Program-made: the position numbers and the translations under genes | NCBI GenBank assembly: GCA_963700155.1 | Contig: OY969472.1 | Location: forward strand, 1,064,690 to 1,128,689 | Direction of reading: 5' to 3' | Length of the DNA stretch: 64,000 bases | Source: an uncultured bacterium | GTDB taxonomy: Bacteria; Patescibacteriota; Dojkabacteria; J137 | The notes under the pieces: model-generated | Told to the model about the DNA's origin: nothing | Seen by the model: the letters and a program-made list of their open reading frames with translations, nothing else | Database searches by the model: none | Part shown: positions 58,892-64,000 of the stretch, in pieces | Layout: each line of letters starts with the position of its first letter | Numbering within the stretch: the stretch's first letter is position 1

Positions 58892-59995
58892 TTATCCGTG
58901 TCTAAATATAGTCACATCTCCATCTTGAAAAACATACTCTTTTCCTTCTAGCCTAACTTTTCCTTTATTTTTAACGTCATTCCAGCTGCCGGCACTTATA
59001 AAATCATCATAAGTGCATACTTCTGCTGCAATAAACTTCTTTTCAAAATCAGTGTGGATTGTGCCGGCAGCCTCAGGAGCTTTGGCACCCTTATGTATTG
59101 TCCATGCCCTAACTTCTTCAGGACCTTCAGTAAAGAATGAAATTAATCCTAATAAATTATATGCCTCTCTTGTTAATCGATTTAGTCCAGTTTCTTCAAT
59201 ACCTAATTCTTGCATAAATTCAGATCTTTCTTCATCATTCATAGAAGCAAGATCAGAATCTGTTTTTACATCCATCAAAATCATTGGTTTTCCTTTGATT
59301 GCCTCTTTGATTGCTTTGACTCTTTCTGAATTTTCATTTTCTTCAGTATTTACAAGATAAATTACTGGTTTGTCTGTTAAGAGAAATAATTCTCTTCTAG
59401 CTTCCTTAAGTAATTTATCTTTGGACATATCACTATAATCTAGGGTGTCTGGTTTATAATCAATTCCCAATTTACCTGATTCAAGATGGTTCATTAATTC
59501 TTTTAAGAATAGAACTTGTTCAGAGATATCTTTATCAAACCTTGCTTTAGCTTCTAATGCGGCAATTCGGTTTTGTATAGTTTCTAAATCTTTTAAAATT
59601 AATTCAGTATTTATTAATTCAATATCTCTAACTGGATTGATAGAATTTTCAACATGTGTGATATTACTGTTATCAAAAGCTCTAACTAGATGAATAATTG
59701 CAGAAACTTCTTTAATATTAGATAAAAATTTATTTCCTAAACCTTCTCCTTGTGCTGCTCCTTTTATTAAACCGGCAATATCTACAAATTCGACAACTGC
59801 TGGAGTAGTTTTAACTGGTTTTGCTATATCCGAAATTTTAAAAAGTCTTGAGTCAACTACTGGAACAACACCATAGTTAGGATCAATTGTCGTAAATGGG
59901 TAATTTTCAGCTGGAATACTTTGTTTTGTTAAAGCATTAAAAAGAGAAGATTTACCTACATTTGGTAATCCAACTATTCCAAGTGATAAATTCAT
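58892..59995 (-). CDS. ychF: ribosome-binding ATPase YchF (Obg family)
   Basis: N-terminal G1 GIVGLPNVGKSS; C-terminal TGS domain; 367 aa. Confidence 0.85.
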   Translation of the reverse strand: MNLSLGIVGLPNVGKSSLFNALTKQSIPAENYPFTTIDPNYGVVPVVDSRLFKISDIAKPVKTTPAVVEFVDIAGLIKGAAQGEGLGNKFLSNIKEVSAIIHLVRAFDNSNITHVENSINPVRDIELINTELILKDLETIQNRIAALEAKARFDKDISEQVLFLKELMNHLESGKLGIDYKPDTLDYSDMSKDKLLKEARRELFLLTDKPVIYLVNTEENENSERVKAIKEAIKGKPMILMDVKTDSDLASMNDEERSEFMQELGIEETGLNRLTREAYNLLGLISFFTEGPEEVRAWTIHKGAKAPEAAGTIHTDFEKKFIAAEVCTYDDFISAGSWNDVKNKGKVRLEGKEYVFQDGDVTIFRHG

Positions 59996-60111
59996 TTATT
60001 CTTTGTAAAAGATTATCTGTTGGTATTATACCATTTATGTTAATAAATCTCTTTTTTTGGATTCTAAAATAATATGTTAAGATAAAATATTAAATATTAA
60101 ATGCTACATTT

Positions 60112-60387
60112 ATGAATAAGCCTAATAATGATTTAGAAAAAGATTTAAGTGAATTATCTCCATTACTAGATGGGATTTTTAATAAATTATATTCTATTTA
60201 TACTCCGTTAGAAGGTACCTATTATTTCGTAGATGATTTTATTAAACATACAGAAGAAGCTGGAATATCTATAGAGGATTTAATTATTTGGTTAAATTAT
60301 AGAATGAATACAACTCAAGAACCTATCTTGTTTAGAATAATTTTAAAATATGTACAAGAAAAGAAATCTTTGGAGAAAGAAGCTTAA
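60112..60387 (+). CDS. hypothetical protein
   Basis: 91 aa ORF. Confidence 0.35.
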   Translation: MNKPNNDLEKDLSELSPLLDGIFNKLYSIYTPLEGTYYFVDDFIKHTEEAGISIEDLIIWLNYRMNTTQEPILFRIILKYVQEKKSLEKEA

Positions 60388-60446
60388 TCAATATCAATTT
60401 AATCTTTATTTAGTTTAATTTTATTTAAATTTTAAGGACTTTAATT

Positions 60447-60776
60447 ATGGATCTAAATAAAAAACATTGTGTCCCATGTGAAGGTGGAGTCGATCCTTTT
60501 GATAAAGAAAAAATAAATCGATATCTAAATTATCTTGGAGAGAAATGGGAGGTTATTGATAATAAAAAGATAAAGTATACTTTTGAATTTGAAAGTTTCA
60601 GAGATGGTATCAATTTTGTAGATAAAATAGCCGATATTGCAGAAGAAGAAGGACATCATCCAGACATTTGTATTAACTATAAGAAAGTTACAATTGAATT
60701 AATGACTCATGCAATTGATGGTTTATCTGAGAATGATTTTATACTTGCAACGAAAATTGAGTTACTAATTACTTAA
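60447..60776 (+). CDS. pterin-4a-carbinolamine dehydratase (PCD/DCoH family)
   Basis: EEEGHHPDI...Y signature; 109 aa. Confidence 0.65.
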   Translation: MDLNKKHCVPCEGGVDPFDKEKINRYLNYLGEKWEVIDNKKIKYTFEFESFRDGINFVDKIADIAEEEGHHPDICINYKKVTIELMTHAIDGLSENDFILATKIELLIT

Positions 60777-61181
60777 TTAGCTCAAATCTATAAGTTTTGC
60801 TTTGATATTAGCAATAGTTTTTTCTTCATCTGATGTTAATGTTGTTTTTGTACCAATAGTATCGAGATATTCTTCTAGGTTTAATGCAACAGGTCTCTCT
60901 TCCTGAGTAAAAACACTCACTAATTTCCCTGTTTTATCATCCATCCTTACTTTTAAATTATTTCGCTTTACATCTGCCATAATAATTTCAAGTAAAATAT
61001 CATACAAATTTGATGGAAGATATTCGTTTACATAGTTTAATTTATCGGAGAAAGCTTCAATACTTTCTTGAAATGCTTTCTCTCTTTGTTCTTTCCACGG
61101 ATCATTCTTTTGGTCATTATTCATAAGTAATATATTTAAATATAATATCAATAATATATCAAACCAGTTTAACTTCTTCAA
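60777..61181 (-). CDS. hypothetical protein
   Basis: 134 aa ORF. Confidence 0.35.
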   Translation of the reverse strand: MKKLNWFDILLILYLNILLMNNDQKNDPWKEQREKAFQESIEAFSDKLNYVNEYLPSNLYDILLEIIMADVKRNNLKVRMDDKTGKLVSVFTQEERPVALNLEEYLDTIGTKTTLTSDEEKTIANIKAKLIDLS

Positions 61182-61284
61182 CTTATAACTCTATTTAATT
61201 TACAATATATAGAAAGCACGTTTATTACACTAAAATGTGCACAATTGGTGCTTTCTATATATTGAGAAAATTAATGTTGGTTCA

Positions 61285-63819
61285 TTAATTTATGATACTT
61301 TTTAGATTTTTCAGTCTTTCAACTTCTTCAGCTAGAATTTGAATATATAAAGCATATCCGATAGTTGAGATGTAACCGCTTTGTTCTTCACCTAAAAGAT
61401 TCCCAGCTCCTCGTATTTCTAAATCTCTACTAGCAATCCTAAATCCTGCTCCCAAATCTTGATTATCTACAAGAGTTTGCAGTCTATCTATGTATTTTTT
61501 CTGAATTATTTTACCTTCTTTATTATCAACAAAATCAACTGAGGATTTCCTAGGAGATATTAAATAACAATATCCACTTTTTGTTGATCTACCAACTCTC
61601 CCTCTTAATTGGTATAGTTGAGAAAGTCCAAATCTTTGAGAATTATTAATTATGATTGTGTTTACATTTGGGAGGTCAAGTCCATTTTCTATAATTGTTG
61701 AACAAATTAAACAATCGTACTTTCCTTTATAGAATTCTGTCATAACTTTATCAAGCTCATCACTTCTCATTTGACCATGAGCAATAGTAAATCGAATTCC
61801 TGGCATTAAATTATTTAATTTCAACTTCATTTGATTTATTGACTGAACTTCATTATGAAGAAAATAGACTTGACCTCCCCTTTTGACCTCAAAGTTAATA
61901 GCTTCAGTTATTTTATTATAATCTTCATGGATAATTTCAGTATGAATAGGTTTTCGTTCTTTTGGTGGCTGACTAATAATAGAAATATCCTGAATTGATG
62001 ATAAAGCCATACTTAAGGTTCTAGGTATTGGAGTTGCACTTACTGATAATAAATGTACACCATAATTTAATTGCTTAATTTTTTCCTTTTGTTTAACTCC
62101 AAAACGTTGTTCTTCATCAACAACAACTAGTTGTAAATTCTTAAATTTAACATCAGAACTTAACAATCTATGAGTACCAATAACAATATCAACGATACCA
62201 TTATTTACATCTTCAATAATTTTTTTATTTTTCTCTGTGGAATTAAACCTAGAAAGATATTCTATTCTAAAGGGGAAGCTTTTAAACCTTTCTTCGAAAA
62301 CTGCATAGTGTTGAGCTGTAAGTATTGTAGTAGGTGAAAGTACTGCCACTTGACCTCCATCTTCAACTATTTTAAATGCAGCTCTCATAAATACTTCAGT
62401 TTTACCAAATCCAACATCTCCAACTAATAAACGATTCATGGGTTTATCTTTTGTTAAATCAGACAATACTTCATTAATAGAATTCAATTGATCTTCAGTT
62501 TCAATATATTTAAATTCATCGACAAATTGTTTATAGTCTTTAGTATCAGAATTTGAGACAGGATTTGCTTCAGAGATTTCTCTTTTAGCAAAGTGTTCAA
62601 TAAGGTCGCGAGCCAAGAGTTCTGTAGATTTCTTTATTTTTGACTTTAAATGTTCCCATGATACTTTACCCAGTCGTGTAATTCTTGGCTCGCGACCTTC
62701 GGTACCAATGTATTTAGTTATCTTTTCAATTTGGTGAATTGGGACAAATAATTCATCATCGTCTGCATACTTGATTGATAAGTATTCTAATGATTCATTA
62801 TTAACTATCTCTTGTTTTAATCCTGAATAAATTCCAATCCCGTAGTCTTCGTGAACTACATAATCTCCAATTTGAATACTACCTTCGAATTGTTTTAGTA
62901 GTTTTTTTAAATTTGAAGTAACCTTTTTAATTCTTTCTGGTCTTGTTAAGTAAATTGCTCCAAATAATTCTCTATCTGTAAAAATTGCTATTTTTAATTT
63001 CTCAGAGATAAATCCAGCATCAAGGTGTTTTGAATTTAAGTTTCTAACAAATGATTTTGAAACAAAATCATATATTTTTACTTTTGCAATAGTCTTATTT
63101 GTGTATCCCTTAAGAAGTTTAAAGAGATCATTCTTATTTTTTGTTTTTATTAAAATTTGATAATTATTTCTTTCTAAAGATTGAATTTCTTTTTCTAGTA
63201 AAGCAAAATTGTGGTAGAAAAGATGAGGATATTGGAAATCAGAATTAATAAGCTTAATAGTATTACTCTCTTTAAGATCGTTTATTGAATTTACGAATAT
63301 ATATTTTGAAAATGATTTTGAAATATTAATTTCTGCAGAAATTTTTATACTATCCTGTTCGAGCTTTTCATCAAGAATATAGTTACTTAAATAAAGTTGA
63401 TTCAAGTATTTTATTCTTCTGTTATATAACTCGTCATAAGAGTATATTTTTTCAAGATCATTACCAAAGAATTCTAATCGTATTGGATGATCATAACCTA
63501 TTGGCCAGAACGAGATAGTGTCTCCTTTTATACTAAATTGAAGTTTTTCAGTAATTTCATTTACTTTCTCATAACTTAATGAGTTGTTGCTTAAATTGTC
63601 ATCTACTTTTAAAGTTGCAGAATTTAAATTGCTACTTGAACTTAGGTAATTAGCGATTTTTTGAAAAGTTATTTCCTTCAAAGTCCATATTTGCAAACTT
63701 TCAAAAAATCTTATTATGCTATCTGAGTAAATGTCTGAGTATACGAAAGCCTCCTCTTTTGAAATAAAGAGGGGTATTAAGTGAGGTAATGTTTTTATAA
63801 TTTGTATCTTTGAAGACAC
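61285..63819 (-). CDS. mfd: transcription-repair coupling factor, shortened form
   Basis: CarD/TRCF RNAP-interaction domain (IGDYVVHEDYGIGIY); SF2 translocase motifs (GDVGFGKTEV, DEEQRFGV, TATPIPRT, QLRGRVGR). Only 844 aa, against about 1150 in full-length Mfd, so the N-terminal UvrB-homology region and the C-terminal D7 appear reduced. Confidence 0.75.
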   Translation of the reverse strand: MSSKIQIIKTLPHLIPLFISKEEAFVYSDIYSDSIIRFFESLQIWTLKEITFQKIANYLSSSSNLNSATLKVDDNLSNNSLSYEKVNEITEKLQFSIKGDTISFWPIGYDHPIRLEFFGNDLEKIYSYDELYNRRIKYLNQLYLSNYILDEKLEQDSIKISAEINISKSFSKYIFVNSINDLKESNTIKLINSDFQYPHLFYHNFALLEKEIQSLERNNYQILIKTKNKNDLFKLLKGYTNKTIAKVKIYDFVSKSFVRNLNSKHLDAGFISEKLKIAIFTDRELFGAIYLTRPERIKKVTSNLKKLLKQFEGSIQIGDYVVHEDYGIGIYSGLKQEIVNNESLEYLSIKYADDDELFVPIHQIEKITKYIGTEGREPRITRLGKVSWEHLKSKIKKSTELLARDLIEHFAKREISEANPVSNSDTKDYKQFVDEFKYIETEDQLNSINEVLSDLTKDKPMNRLLVGDVGFGKTEVFMRAAFKIVEDGGQVAVLSPTTILTAQHYAVFEERFKSFPFRIEYLSRFNSTEKNKKIIEDVNNGIVDIVIGTHRLLSSDVKFKNLQLVVVDEEQRFGVKQKEKIKQLNYGVHLLSVSATPIPRTLSMALSSIQDISIISQPPKERKPIHTEIIHEDYNKITEAINFEVKRGGQVYFLHNEVQSINQMKLKLNNLMPGIRFTIAHGQMRSDELDKVMTEFYKGKYDCLICSTIIENGLDLPNVNTIIINNSQRFGLSQLYQLRGRVGRSTKSGYCYLISPRKSSVDFVDNKEGKIIQKKYIDRLQTLVDNQDLGAGFRIASRDLEIRGAGNLLGEEQSGYISTIGYALYIQILAEEVERLKNLKSIIN

Positions 63820-64000
63820 GAACGCATTATACCAGAACTGATAAGAATATTGCAGCTTAAAATTGACTTTATTTTATTAACTTTGTAAACTCCAATATTT
63901 AAAAATTTTTAATCAAAATGGCATTCAATAAATTTAAGAGTATAGTTTCCCAAAATAATTTACTAGAAATTGATGATGAAAAAGCTTTAGTAAAATTTAT

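Noticed and set aside
6472-59360. Numerous short antisense or embedded ORFs (for example 6472-6693, 8340-8549, 19929-20129, 20468-20767, 21631-21816, 24732-24929, 25201-25412, 25917-26294, 27976-28278, 28516-28716, 29178-29390, 29754-30008, 32059-32250, 34314-34526, 39385-39642, 44961-45167, 47807-48013, 49446-49637, 51072-51374, 52077-52304, 52352-52633, 57057-57302, 58002-58319, 58436-58663, 59013-59360)
   Set aside because: Each lies within or antisense to a longer, motif-supported gene and has an AT-rich low-complexity translation; they are treated as spurious.
1-64000. Alternative genetic code (UGA recoding, as in some CPR lineages or Mollicutes)
   Set aside because: Conserved genes end at TGA with a proper downstream start (for example the MGMT-domain ORF ends TGA at 32910-32912 and is a complete domain). 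ORFs are not systematically fragmented at TGA, and housekeeping proteins have normal lengths.
1-64000. CRISPR arrays, IS elements and transposases, integrases
   Set aside because: No regularly spaced direct repeats and no transposase or integrase-like ORFs were seen. The only repeats are short (for example TTCGCGGCG twice inside the GC-rich RNA) and homopolymer tracts.

Overview
This is a 64 kb AT-rich (about 28-30% GC) bacterial chromosomal window. It is densely coded, with short intergenic spacers, many 4-bp overlapping start/stop junctions and a high proportion of small hypothetical proteins. The standard genetic code fits: TGA-terminated genes are followed by proper starts, and I saw no sign of UGA recoding. 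The gene content resembles a reduced-genome bacterium, possibly CPR/Patescibacteria; this is inference from the shortened Mfd, the UvrB fragment, a VirB4-like ATPase, GH57 and the oxidative pentose-phosphate genes.

Features supported from the sequence:
- Translation and tRNA modification: lysS, serS, glyQS, miaA, mnmA, ychF, hpf, a SpoU-family methylase.
- DNA metabolism: ssb, a UvrB C-terminal fragment, a shortened mfd, tag, an MGMT-like protein, a UvrD-helicase/PD-(D/E)xK-nuclease fusion, rnhA.
- Central metabolism: pgk, zwf, gnd, GH57, a ROK kinase, a pyrophosphatase (PPase).
- Envelope and transport: murG, PAP2, a P-type ATPase, MgtC, a CE4-deacetylase giant protein, an MFS transporter.
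- RNA: four tRNAs (Gly-CCC, Cys-GCA, Thr-CGU, Gly-GCC) and a glyQS-type T-box riboswitch with a GGC specifier.

The hunt candidates I find most interesting:
- A 330-nt GC-rich (about 52%) island on the minus strand that looks like a structured RNA and carries RNase P-like sequence blocks.
- A co-directional PLP-enzyme / SAM-methyltransferase / small membrane protein / ATP-grasp ligase / cytoplasmic NlpC-P60 amidase cluster, which has the shape of an uncharacterised ligase-amidase small-molecule or peptide-modification system.
- A Gly T-box controlling an unknown 250-aa protein ahead of glyQS.
- A stand-alone C-terminal half of uvrB.
- A T10 homopolymer that frameshifts a small gene.
- A pyrophosphatase carrying a metallothionein-like Cys-rich tail.
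- A tRNA-Thr-adjacent block encoding a degenerate Fic-like wHTH protein and a helicase-nuclease.
- A VirB4/SSB module.
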